In this document: one piece after another, positions 1-7,103 of the stretch | How positions within the stretch are numbered: the stretch's first letter is position 1 | Layout: every line of letters starts with the position of its first letter | DNA from: Candidatus Methylomirabilota bacterium | GTDB taxonomy: Bacteria; Methylomirabilota; Methylomirabilia; Rokubacteriales; CSP1-6 | Length of the DNA stretch: 19,373 nt | Direction of reading: 5' to 3' | Assembly (NCBI GenBank): GCA_046726415.1 | Contig: JBKPAK010000060.1 | Span: forward strand, 1-19,373 | Notes under the pieces: generated by a model | The model's database searches: none | The model's input: the letters and a program-made list of their open reading frames with translations, nothing else | Told to the model about the DNA's origin: nothing | Program-made: the position numbers and the translations under genes

Positions 1-72
1 GAGATCTATCGCGTGCTGCAGATCCCGGACGAGGTCATGAAGCCGGTCAAGACCTGGACGACCAGCCGATAG
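1..72 (+). CDS. C-terminal end of a probable DDE transposase (IS1634/IS4-like), partial at window edge
   Basis: Frame +1 reads EIYRVLQIPDEVMKPVKTWTTSR* (TAG 70-72), resembling the 'IYxxLxIPxxVMKPxKTW' tail I recall for IS1634-type transposases. It is followed by a non-coding tail and then an abruptly starting, unrelated gene fragment. Confidence 0.55.
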   Translation, partial: EIYRVLQIPDEVMKPVKTWTTSR

Positions 73-140
73 TGACGCAACGAGCTCGCAACTCCCCGGA
101 ATCGCAGCATTCTAATCCGCCGACCGTGGAAGTTGGGCTA
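1..140 (+). mobile_element. Right end of an insertion sequence (probably IS1634-like)
   Basis: The transposase stop is followed by TAGTGACG... and ends in GTGGAAGTTGGGCTA (126-140), an IS-terminus-like string. Amidohydrolase coding begins mid-gene immediately afterwards. Confidence 0.5.
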
Positions 141-391
141 AGCCGCTCAACAAGAAGCCGACGGAGTACCTGCGGCAGCTCTACTTCGATTCGCTCGTCT
201 TCACGCCGGAAGCGCTGCGCCACCTGGTTGCGGAGACTGGATCGGGCCAGATCGTCATGGGCACCAACTATCCATTTCCGTGGACCAAGACCTCGGTCGA
301 TCACATCCTCGGCACGCCAGGTCTCACGGACGCCGAGCGCTCAGCGATGCTGGGCGAAACCGCCGCCGGGCTACTCGGCATCAAGAGCTAA
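140..391 (+). pseudogene. 3' part of an amidohydrolase_2 (ACMSD/decarboxylase-like) gene, interrupted by the IS
   Basis: Frame +2 reads KPLNKKPTEYLRQLYFDSLVFTPEALRHLVAETGSGQIVMGTNYPFPWTKTSVDHILGTPGLTDAERSAMLGETAAGLLGIKS*. The motifs PxEYLxxLYFDS, MGT(D/N)YPF and a LGxNA-like tail are typical of the family. An in-frame TAA lies at 113-115 and there is no N-terminus. Confidence 0.8.
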
Positions 392-397
392 CGGCCC

Positions 398-482
398 TGG
401 GGCGTAAGGTCGAGGGGCGCCACGGCTTTGCCGGGGTGCCCCGAGCGTTGGGGGGTTTGGGGGGCCATCTCGGGGCCCCCCA
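398..482. repeat. Twin-hairpin, poly-G REP/MITE-like intergenic element
   Basis: Hairpin 1 (414-442) is GGGGCGCC-A-CGGC-TTT-GCCG-G-GGTGCCCC. Hairpin 2 (458-482) is TGGGGGGCC-ATCTCGG-GGCCCCCCA, a perfect 9-bp stem. Only one copy is present in this window. Confidence 0.55.
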
Positions 483-494
483 TATAACGATCCG

Positions 495-1783
495 TTGATC
501 ATCGCCGCCTTTCGCGTCCGCAGCTTCCGCTTTCAGATGCCCGCCGATCTCCTCACCTCGTGGGCGTTCGAGATGGAGACGCTCATCCTCGGCTGGTACG
601 TGATGGTCCACACCGGTTCGGTGCTGTTGCTTACCGTCTTCGGCTCGCTGCAGTTCCTCGGCACACTCGCCGCGCCGATGTTCGGGGTGCTGGGCGACCG
701 ACTCGGTGGCCGGATCATGCTGTGCGCGATGCGCGCGACCTTCGCCATTCTTGCCGCGCTCCTCATGCTCCTGTCCCTGACCGGGACGCTGACCCCGGCG
801 TGGGTGCTCGTCGTCGCGGCCCTCGCCGGCATCGTCCGCCCCAACGACCAGGTGATGCGGAACTCGCTGATCGGCGAGACGATTCCACCAGCCCACCTGG
901 TGGGAGCCCTCGGCGTGTCCCGCGCCACCATGGACTCAGCGCGCGTGGCGGGCGCGCTCGCCGGGGCGGGCCTCTCGACCGTCCTCGGCATCGGGTATAC
1001 CTATGTCTTCGTCACGAGCTTCTACGCAGCGAGCTTGGCGCTCACCTTCGGGGTGTCACGCCGGCCTCTGGTGCCCGACCCCGTCGGCATTCCGCGCGCG
1101 GTCTTCTCGGGCGGGGCCTCCGTCGGCGTGCCTCGCCCCTCGCGCTGGCGCGATCTCAGGGACGGCCTCGTCCACGTCCTGAGGACACCGGCGCTTCTCG
1201 CCATGATGTGGCTGGCATTCCTGATCAACCTGACCGCCTACCCTGCGTCGAGCGGCCTCCTGCCCTATGTCGCCAAGCGCGTCTATCAGGTCGACGCGAC
1301 CGGGCTAGGGTGGCTCGTGGCCAGCTTCTCGTGCGGCGGCCTCTTGGCCTCGATCGCGATGATCATAACGGGAGGGGCCCGCCACCCGGAGCGCTCGACG
1401 CTCGTGCACACCGCGATCTGGTACGCCCTGTTGCTCGGCTTCGGCCACATGCAGAGCATGGGCGCGGGGCTCCTCACGCTCTTCGCCGCCGGCTTCGTCC
1501 AGAACGTGGCGATGATCTCGATGGCCGCCACCCTCCTCGCCGCCGCGGGCGACGGGTTCCGCGGACGGGTCATGGGCGTGCGGACACTGGCCGTCTACGG
1601 GATGCCGCTGGGGTTGATGGCGGCCGGCGCCCTCATCGAGCGCATTGGCTATCCCCTGACCATCAGCGCCTCCGCCGCGGTCGGCCTGGTCGTCACCCTC
1701 CTCATCGGAATCAGGTGCGCGCCAGCCTGTGGCAGCCGAGGCAGCTCCCGACCGGGACGACGTCCGTACCGCAGCGCGTGTGA
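495..1783 (+). CDS. MFS transporter (MFS_3/DHA3-like), with an apparent -1 frameshift at ~1717 near the C-terminus
   Basis: About 12 hydrophobic segments, motif A-like GVLGDRLGGR, WRDLRDGL linker and FRGRVMG. The start is TTG at 495. As read, the frame runs to 1838 with an atypical tail; adding one G at 1717 gives ...IGIRWRASLWQPRQLPTGTTSVPQRV* (TGA 1781-1783). Confidence 0.85.
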
Positions 1784-1851
1784 TCATCTGCGCGCGCCCT
1801 GTGCGAGGCCGCACACCCTACCCGAGCGCCCTCGATGAATGCTCAGACGGC

Positions 1852-2721
1852 TCAGGCCACCCCGTGCTGCTTGAACCAGGCGAGGCAGCGTTGCCAGCCG
1901 TCCTTGGCGGGCTCGGCGCGGTAGCTCGGGCGGTAGTCTGCGTGGAAGCCGTGCGGAGCTCCGTCGTAGAGCACGATGTCGCTTGCCTTGCCGGCGCCCT
2001 TGAGCGCCTCGCGCATCCTCTCGACATCGGCGACCGGGATACCCTGATCGGCACTGCCGTAGAGGCCGAGGACGGGCGCCTTCAGCTCGCCCGCGAGTTC
2101 CAGCGGGTGCCTCGGCCGCAACGGGCTCGTGGCGCCGGCGAGGCCTCCATACCAGGCCACCCCCGCCTTCAGCTCGCGGCTGTGCGCAGCGTAGAGCCAC
2201 ACGATGCGTCCGCCGTAGCAAAAGCCCGTGATGCCGAGCTTGCTGGTGTCGCCGCGGTTGGCCTTGGCCCACCCCACTGCGGCGTCGAGGTCTGCGAGAA
2301 CCTGCTGGTCGGAGACCTTACCGGCCACGGCCCGCGCCTCATCGATCGAGGTCACTTTTGACATATCCCCCTGCCGGGCGAAGAGTTCGGGCGCGATGGC
2401 CAGATACCCGTTCTTGGCGAAGCGGCGGCAGATGTCCTTGATATGCTCGTGCACGCCGAAGATCTCCTGCACCACGAGCACGGTTGGGAAGGGCCCGCCT
2501 GTCGCCGGCATGGCCCGGTACGCGGGCAGCTGGCCGTCGGCGACCGGAATTCTCACCTCGCCCGCCTGGAGCCCCTCGCCGTCGGTGGTGATCACGCTCT
2601 GAGCGTGAACCGGTCCCGTCGCCAGGGTGAAGCCGGCGATGAGGGTGGTGGCCAGGAAGCCACGGCGCGACAGATCCGTGGGGAGCGTGAGGCTCAGGAC
2701 TTCAGTGTCTAGACTGTCCAT
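1852..2721 (-). CDS. Dienelactone hydrolase family protein (carboxymethylenebutenolidase-like) with twin-arginine signal
   Basis: Motifs VQEIFGV, nucleophile [14 protein letters not shown] (Asp) and PHGF (His). The N-terminus has SRRGFL, a hydrophobic stretch and VHA|Q. The ATG at 2721 is preceded by the RBS GAAAGGGG. Confidence 0.92.
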   Translation of the reverse strand: MDSLDTEVLSLTLPTDLSRRGFLATTLIAGFTLATGPVHAQSVITTDGEGLQAGEVRIPVADGQLPAYRAMPATGGPFPTVLVVQEIFGVHEHIKDICRRFAKNGYLAIAPELFARQGDMSKVTSIDEARAVAGKVSDQQVLADLDAAVGWAKANRGDTSKLGITGFCYGGRIVWLYAAHSRELKAGVAWYGGLAGATSPLRPRHPLELAGELKAPVLGLYGSADQGIPVADVERMREALKGAGKASDIVLYDGAPHGFHADYRPSYRAEPAKDGWQRCLAWFKQHGVA

Positions 2722-2772
2722 GTGTTGTCCCCTTTCGGTGACTCGACCCCTGCGCGCCATTCGCTTGCCAGC

Positions 2773-2778
2773 TATACT
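2773..2778 (+). promoter_or_regulatory. Possible sigma70 -10 box (TATACT) in the divergent intergenic region
   Basis: TATACT in a GC-rich background, ~50 nt upstream of the MetE-like gene. No convincing -35 box. Confidence 0.3.
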
Positions 2779-2829
2779 ACGCGCCCGGATACCGCGGGAA
2801 GCGGGTCTGACGCAATGGGAGAGCGCTCA

Positions 2830-3861
2830 ATGCCGCAGCACGCGCTGGCGACCACGGTCGTAGGAAGCTATCCACAGCCCGACTGGCTCGTCGATCGGGA
2901 GATGCTGTCGAAGGGCGTCCCGCGGGTGCGCCTCCGGGGGATATGGCGAGTGCCGGAGGCCTTTCTCGAACAGGCGCAGGACGACGCCACCCTCGTCGCC
3001 ATCCGCGATATGGAGCGGGCGGGGATCGACGTCATCACTGACGGCGAGATCCGGCGCGAGAGTTACTCGAACCGGTTCGCGACCGCGCTGGACGGCGTCG
3101 ATGTGGAGAACCCCGGCGTGATCCGAAACCGGACCGGTCAGGAAACTGTCGTGCCGCGCGTGGTCGGCCGGATTCGGAGGACCCATCCCGTCGAGGTGCG
3201 GGATATGCAGTTCCTCCGCCGCAACACGGAACGCGTGGCCAAGATCACCCTGCCCGGCCCTTTCACCTTGGCCCAACAGGCGCAGAACGAATTCTATTCC
3301 GACGCTGAAGAGATGGCCATGGACTTTGCGTCGGCCGTCAACGCGGAGGTCCGCGACCTTCAGGCGGCCGGGGCGGATGTCATTCAGCTGGACGAGCCCT
3401 GGCTTCGGAATGACCCCGAGGCGGCCAAACGCTACGCCGTTCCCGCGATCAACCGGGCGCTGGCGGGAATCACCATCCCGACCGCGCTGCACCTGTGCTT
3501 CGGGTACGCGGCGGTCGTCCGGCAGCAGAAGCCGACCGGCTACTCGTTTCTCCCCCAGCTGGCGGATACCATCGCCGCGCAGATCTCCATCGAGGCCGCC
3601 CAACCCAAGCTGGACCTCGGCGTCCTGGCCGATCTCTCCACCAAGACAATCATCCTCGGTGTCATCGACCTCGGCGACTCTACGGTCGAGACAGCGGAGC
3701 AGGTGGCAGCGCGCATCCGGACCGGCCTAACGCGCGTGGCGCCGGAGCGGCTCATCCTGGCGCCCGATTGCGGGATGAAATATCTCACCCGCGACGCGGC
3801 CTTCGGCAAGCTCCGAGCACTCAGCGCCGGCGCGCGCATCGTTCGGTCTGAGCTTTCCTAG
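2830..3861 (+). CDS. Cobalamin-independent methionine synthase catalytic-domain (single-barrel MetE/CIMS-like) Zn enzyme
   Basis: Motifs TTVVGSYPQP, TDGEIRR, KITLPGPFT and IQLDEP, with Zn ligands HLC...E...PDCG. The 343-aa protein lacks the N-terminal barrel of full MetE. ATG 2830 has the RBS GGAGA. Confidence 0.88.
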   Translation: MPQHALATTVVGSYPQPDWLVDREMLSKGVPRVRLRGIWRVPEAFLEQAQDDATLVAIRDMERAGIDVITDGEIRRESYSNRFATALDGVDVENPGVIRNRTGQETVVPRVVGRIRRTHPVEVRDMQFLRRNTERVAKITLPGPFTLAQQAQNEFYSDAEEMAMDFASAVNAEVRDLQAAGADVIQLDEPWLRNDPEAAKRYAVPAINRALAGITIPTALHLCFGYAAVVRQQKPTGYSFLPQLADTIAAQISIEAAQPKLDLGVLADLSTKTIILGVIDLGDSTVETAEQVAARIRTGLTRVAPERLILAPDCGMKYLTRDAAFGKLRALSAGARIVRSELS

Positions 3862-3989
3862 CCGCCGCACCTGCACTGGTAGCGCTCCTGGTGGCGCGTT
3901 TCAGAACAGGAGCCTGCCCGGTCGTCGCCGGCCCTGGGTTGAGGCCACACGACGACACGGATCCCGGCGAACGAAGCGCGCGCCCTGGC

Positions 3990-4136
3990 TCAGGTCAGCT
4001 GCGCGCGCGCCTCCGCCACCTGCGCCTGCATCGACGTCAGCATCCGCACTTCAGGCGCCGGCGCGCAGTTGGTGTACCCGACGCCGAGGGCCCTGAGCTG
4101 GGCCGCGGTGCGCGGGAGCGCCGGGTGATTCATCGG
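3990..4136 (-). pseudogene. Orphan 3' gene fragment (possibly an HpcH/HpaI aldolase-like tail)
   Basis: Reads PMNHPALPRTAAQLRALGVGYTNCAPAPEVRMLTSMQAQVAEARAQLT* with high-GC3 coding-like codons. It begins exactly where NmrA similarity stops, in a different frame. The family call is from recall only. Confidence 0.4.
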
Positions 4137-4533
4137 CGTGCATGTCCTGAGACGGCGGCCCGGTCAGTTCGTAGACCTTGCCGATGTGAGCCATCGGACT
4201 CGCCAGAACGGCCGCGACAACCTCGGCCACATCTCGAACGTCGACCGGCGAGGTTCGCCCGGAGCCGAAGGGCAGCCGGATCGTGCCGTCCTCGGCGATG
4301 GATTCAGCGGCCCAAGCCAAGAAGAAGAAGTTTTGGAGGAAGACCGTGGGTCGGAGCTGCACCACCGGCAATCCTGACCAGTTCAACACCTGCTCGGCAA
4401 GCCAATGCTGCCGCTGCTGGGGAGAGTCCGTCGTCTCGGTCAGGCTCATTTGAGACACGGTCATCTGTGAGATGTTGACGAACACCTCCAGGTCACCATG
4501 CTCGCGCGCAACGGCGGCGGCGGTGACGGTCGC
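4135..4533 (-). pseudogene. Internal fragment of an NmrA/atypical SDR NAD(P)H-binding protein
   Basis: Reads ATVTAAAVAREHGDLEVFVNISQMTV...HWLAEQVLNWSGLPVVQLRPTVF...SPVDVRDVAEV...GKVYELTGP. An in-frame TGA lies at 4536-4534 upstream, the Rossmann GxxGxxG N-terminus is absent, and similarity is lost after QDMHA. Confidence 0.85.
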
Positions 4534-4597
4534 TCAGGAATGTTTTCCTACGGTGCGCGCGTGGCGAGGCTACGTTTCACTCGGGGGGATAGCCAGG

Positions 4598-5494
4598 ATG
4601 CTGGAGGGTTTCGAGGCGGCCGAGGTTCAGACCGGAGAGACCAGCATCTTCGTACGCCGATCCGGTTCCGGCCCTCCGATCCTGCTGCTGCACGGCTTCC
4701 CACAGACCCACCTGATGTGGCGCAGCGTGGCGCCCCTCTTGACCAGCCGTTTCACGGTCATCTGCGCCGACCTCCGCGGCTACGGCCGCAGCGGTTGCCC
4801 CACCTCCGCCCCGGACCATGCGCCATACGCGAAGCGAGCGATGGCGCGAGACATGGTTGCCGTCATGGAACGGCTCGGCTTCTCGCGCTTCTCGGTCGCC
4901 GGGCACGACCGTGGCGGCCGTGTCGCCTATCGCCTGGCTCTCGACCATCCGGAGCGCGTGCATCGGATCGCCGTGCTCGACATCCTTCCGACCGGGGAGG
5001 TCTGGGAACGGGCCGACGCGCGATTCGCCCTCGCCTTCTGGCCTTGGTCCTTGCTGGCCCAGCCTGCACCGTTCCCCGAGCGCCTCGTCGCCGCGGCCCC
5101 CGAAGCCATCGTCGATGATGCGCTCGGCGGCTGGGGCTCTGCCCCGGCGGCCTTCGGCCCGGAGGTGCGGGCGGCGTACGTCGAGGCGTTGCGCGATCCG
5201 GTTCGCGTGCATGCCATCTGCGAAGAGTACCGGGCCGCAGCGACCCGCGATCGCGAGCACGACGAGGCGGACCGCCGGACCGGGCGGCGTATCGCCTGCC
5301 CTGTCCTAGCGCTCTGGAGCGGCCTGGGAGCACTGAACGCCTGGTACACGGAGGCCGGCGGACCGCTCGCGCTCTGGCAGGCCTGGGCCGACGATGTGCA
5401 GGGTCGTCCACTCGACGCCGGTCACTTCTTCCCGGAGGAGATTCCCGATGAAACGGCCAGTGCCCTCACCCGCTTCTTCGCCGTGACTTCCTGA
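4598..5494 (+). CDS. Alpha/beta hydrolase, haloacetate/fluoroacetate dehalogenase-like
   Basis: Motifs HGFPQTH, DLRGYG, GHDRGGRV (Asp nucleophile plus two Arg), LDILPT, CEEYRA and GHFFPEE. 298 aa from ATG 4598. Confidence 0.88.
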   Translation: MLEGFEAAEVQTGETSIFVRRSGSGPPILLLHGFPQTHLMWRSVAPLLTSRFTVICADLRGYGRSGCPTSAPDHAPYAKRAMARDMVAVMERLGFSRFSVAGHDRGGRVAYRLALDHPERVHRIAVLDILPTGEVWERADARFALAFWPWSLLAQPAPFPERLVAAAPEAIVDDALGGWGSAPAAFGPEVRAAYVEALRDPVRVHAICEEYRAAATRDREHDEADRRTGRRIACPVLALWSGLGALNAWYTEAGGPLALWQAWADDVQGRPLDAGHFFPEEIPDETASALTRFFAVTS

Positions 5495-5615
5495 GGACAA
5501 TTAGCCGCGCCAATCAGCGGTCCCAACCCGCATCGAACCATCGCCACGCGTCGGAACAGCCGTCCGGGCACCCCCGGCGATAGACGCGGGATCCAATGCA
5601 TTGCGACACGCGAAC

Positions 5616-5782
5616 CGGGTGCTGCTCGAGGGGCCCATCGTGAGCACGCTTCCTGCGGCTCGCAACGTCGAAGGGGCTGGTCCATGTTCGTGCAGGCATC
5701 CATCGGGCTCATCGAGACGTAGTTCGTCGCCAGGCCGGCACCGATGCGCTGGCCGGCGTGGCTGCTCTTTCCCGTGCTGATG
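5616..5782 (+). pseudogene. Degraded N-terminal remnant of a MATE family efflux transporter
   Basis: Across frameshifts it reads RVLLEGPIVSTL / LRLA / MFVQASIGLIET*FVAR / GTDALAGVA / LFPVLM, matching the MATE N-terminal pattern 'LLEGPI..TLLRLA.P..LVM..QA..GLIETYFV..LGTDALAG.ALVFP'. TAG at 5720-5722. Confidence 0.8.
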
Positions 5783-5839
5783 AGCGTGACCGCGCGCTGC
5801 GCGCGGCCTGCTGTGCGGTTTGATCTGTCCTACCCGCTG

Positions 5840-5854
5840 TGGCACGATCGGCGC
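5840..5854 (+). promoter_or_regulatory. Candidate sigma54 (-24/-12) promoter for dctP
   Basis: TGGCACGATCGGCGC has a perfect TGGCACG -24 box and GG-N10-GC spacing, but lacks the TT before the -12 GC. It lies ~50 nt upstream of the start codon. Confidence 0.35.
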
Positions 5855-5903
5855 GGGATACTAGGTTCATCCGTCCCTGCACCGTCGCGCCGCAAAGGAG
5901 ACG

Positions 5904-7028
5904 ATGATGAGGCAAGGTAAGTGGCTCGTGGTAGGCGTGGCGATCCTCGCCCTTGTCGCTGTCCTCGCTTCGCTGACCGCCCCTCCCTCCCCCGCCCAAC
6001 CGCGGACGTTCATCTGGAAGGTACAGAGCTCTTTTCCGGTCACGGACTACCCGCATCGCTCCCTCGTGGAGCTCGCCAAGTCGATCGACCAGATGTCGGG
6101 GAGCCGACTCAAGATCGAGCCGCTCCCGGTCGGTGCGGTGGTCGGCTTCTTCGAGGTGCTGGACGCCGTGAACCGCGGCGCGCTCGACGGCGGTCTGACC
6201 TGGCCTGGGCTCTGGGTCGGCAAGAACTCCGCGGCCGGGCTCTTCGGCTCCCCGCTCGGCGGGCCGTTCGGGATGGGGCAGAACGAGTTCACCGCCTGGC
6301 TCTTCGTCGGCGGCGGCCAGGAGCTCTACAACGACCTCCTGCAGAAGGAGCTGAAGATGGACGTGGTGGCGCACTTCACGACCATTCAGCCCTTCTGGGA
6401 GGCCTTTGGCTGGCTCAAGAAGCCGATGAACAACCTCGAGGACCTGAAGAAGCTCAAGTTTCGCTCATCGGGGATCGGCCTGGAGATGTTCAAGCGGATG
6501 GGGATCAGCACGGTCGGAATGGCCGGCGGCGACATCGTCCCGTCGCTGGAGCGAGGCGTGATCGACGGCGCCGAATGGGCGATCCCGAGTCGCGACATCG
6601 TCATGGGCTTCCAGCAGGCCGCGAAGTACTACTACATGCCCAGCTTCCGTCAGCCGCCCACCTTCCACGAGCTGATCATCAACAAGAAGCGGTGGGCGGA
6701 ACTGCCGCCAGACCTCCAGGCGATCGTGAAGTACGCGACAATGGCCGAGATCACGCGGCTGAGCGCCTACACGGTCGACCAGGACAGCAAAGCCGCGGAG
6801 GAGCTCGCCACCAAGCACGGGGTCAACATCCTGCGCACCCCCGACGAAGTCCTTCGCGCGGAACTCGAGGGGATCGACAAAGCCTTCGAGGCCGAGGCGC
6901 AGAAGAATCCCTTCTTCGCGAAGGTGCTCAGCGCTCAGCGCGAGTATGCGAAGAAGACCGTGGCCCATGCGCAGAAGATGACGCCACCGATGGATATCGC
7001 GGTGCGCCACTACTGGCAGAAGAAGTAG
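5904..7028 (+). CDS. dctP: TRAP transporter substrate-binding protein (DctP family, TakP-like subgroup)
   Basis: Signal peptide, then WKVQSSFP, SGSRLKIE, FEVLDAV, KLKFRSSG (carboxylate-binding Arg), LERGVIDGAEW and KYYYMP. RBS AAGGAG. Confidence 0.92.
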   Translation: MMRQGKWLVVGVAILALVAVLASLTAPPSPAQPRTFIWKVQSSFPVTDYPHRSLVELAKSIDQMSGSRLKIEPLPVGAVVGFFEVLDAVNRGALDGGLTWPGLWVGKNSAAGLFGSPLGGPFGMGQNEFTAWLFVGGGQELYNDLLQKELKMDVVAHFTTIQPFWEAFGWLKKPMNNLEDLKKLKFRSSGIGLEMFKRMGISTVGMAGGDIVPSLERGVIDGAEWAIPSRDIVMGFQQAAKYYYMPSFRQPPTFHELIINKKRWAELPPDLQAIVKYATMAEITRLSAYTVDQDSKAAEELATKHGVNILRTPDEVLRAELEGIDKAFEAEAQKNPFFAKVLSAQREYAKKTVAHAQKMTPPMDIAVRHYWQKK

Positions 7029-7103
7029 CCGAAAGCGGTGGAGGGCTGACGGCTCGGGGCAACGCTGGCCGTGATGGGTAAAGCAGTGATTGCTGGAGGG
7101 GGC

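Noticed and set aside
560..1783. 407-aa alternative-frame ORF inside the MFS gene, and the many other long Arg/Pro/Gly-rich overlapping ORFs in the track
   Set aside because: These are shadow ORFs expected in ~70% GC DNA and have no motifs. Only the last ~21 codons of this one are meaningful, as the frameshifted MFS tail.
4472..4597. Upstream extension of the hydrolase ORF (likewise 2722-2829 for the MetE-like ORF and 7071-7103 for the SBP)
   Set aside because: Downstream ATGs have better RBSs or family-typical N-termini, and the 4472 extension overlaps the antisense NmrA fragment.
1852..5494. Haloaromatic degradation cluster (DLH plus dehalogenase plus MFS)
   Set aside because: The genes are on different strands, are separated by scars, and no oxygenase or cycloisomerase genes are present.
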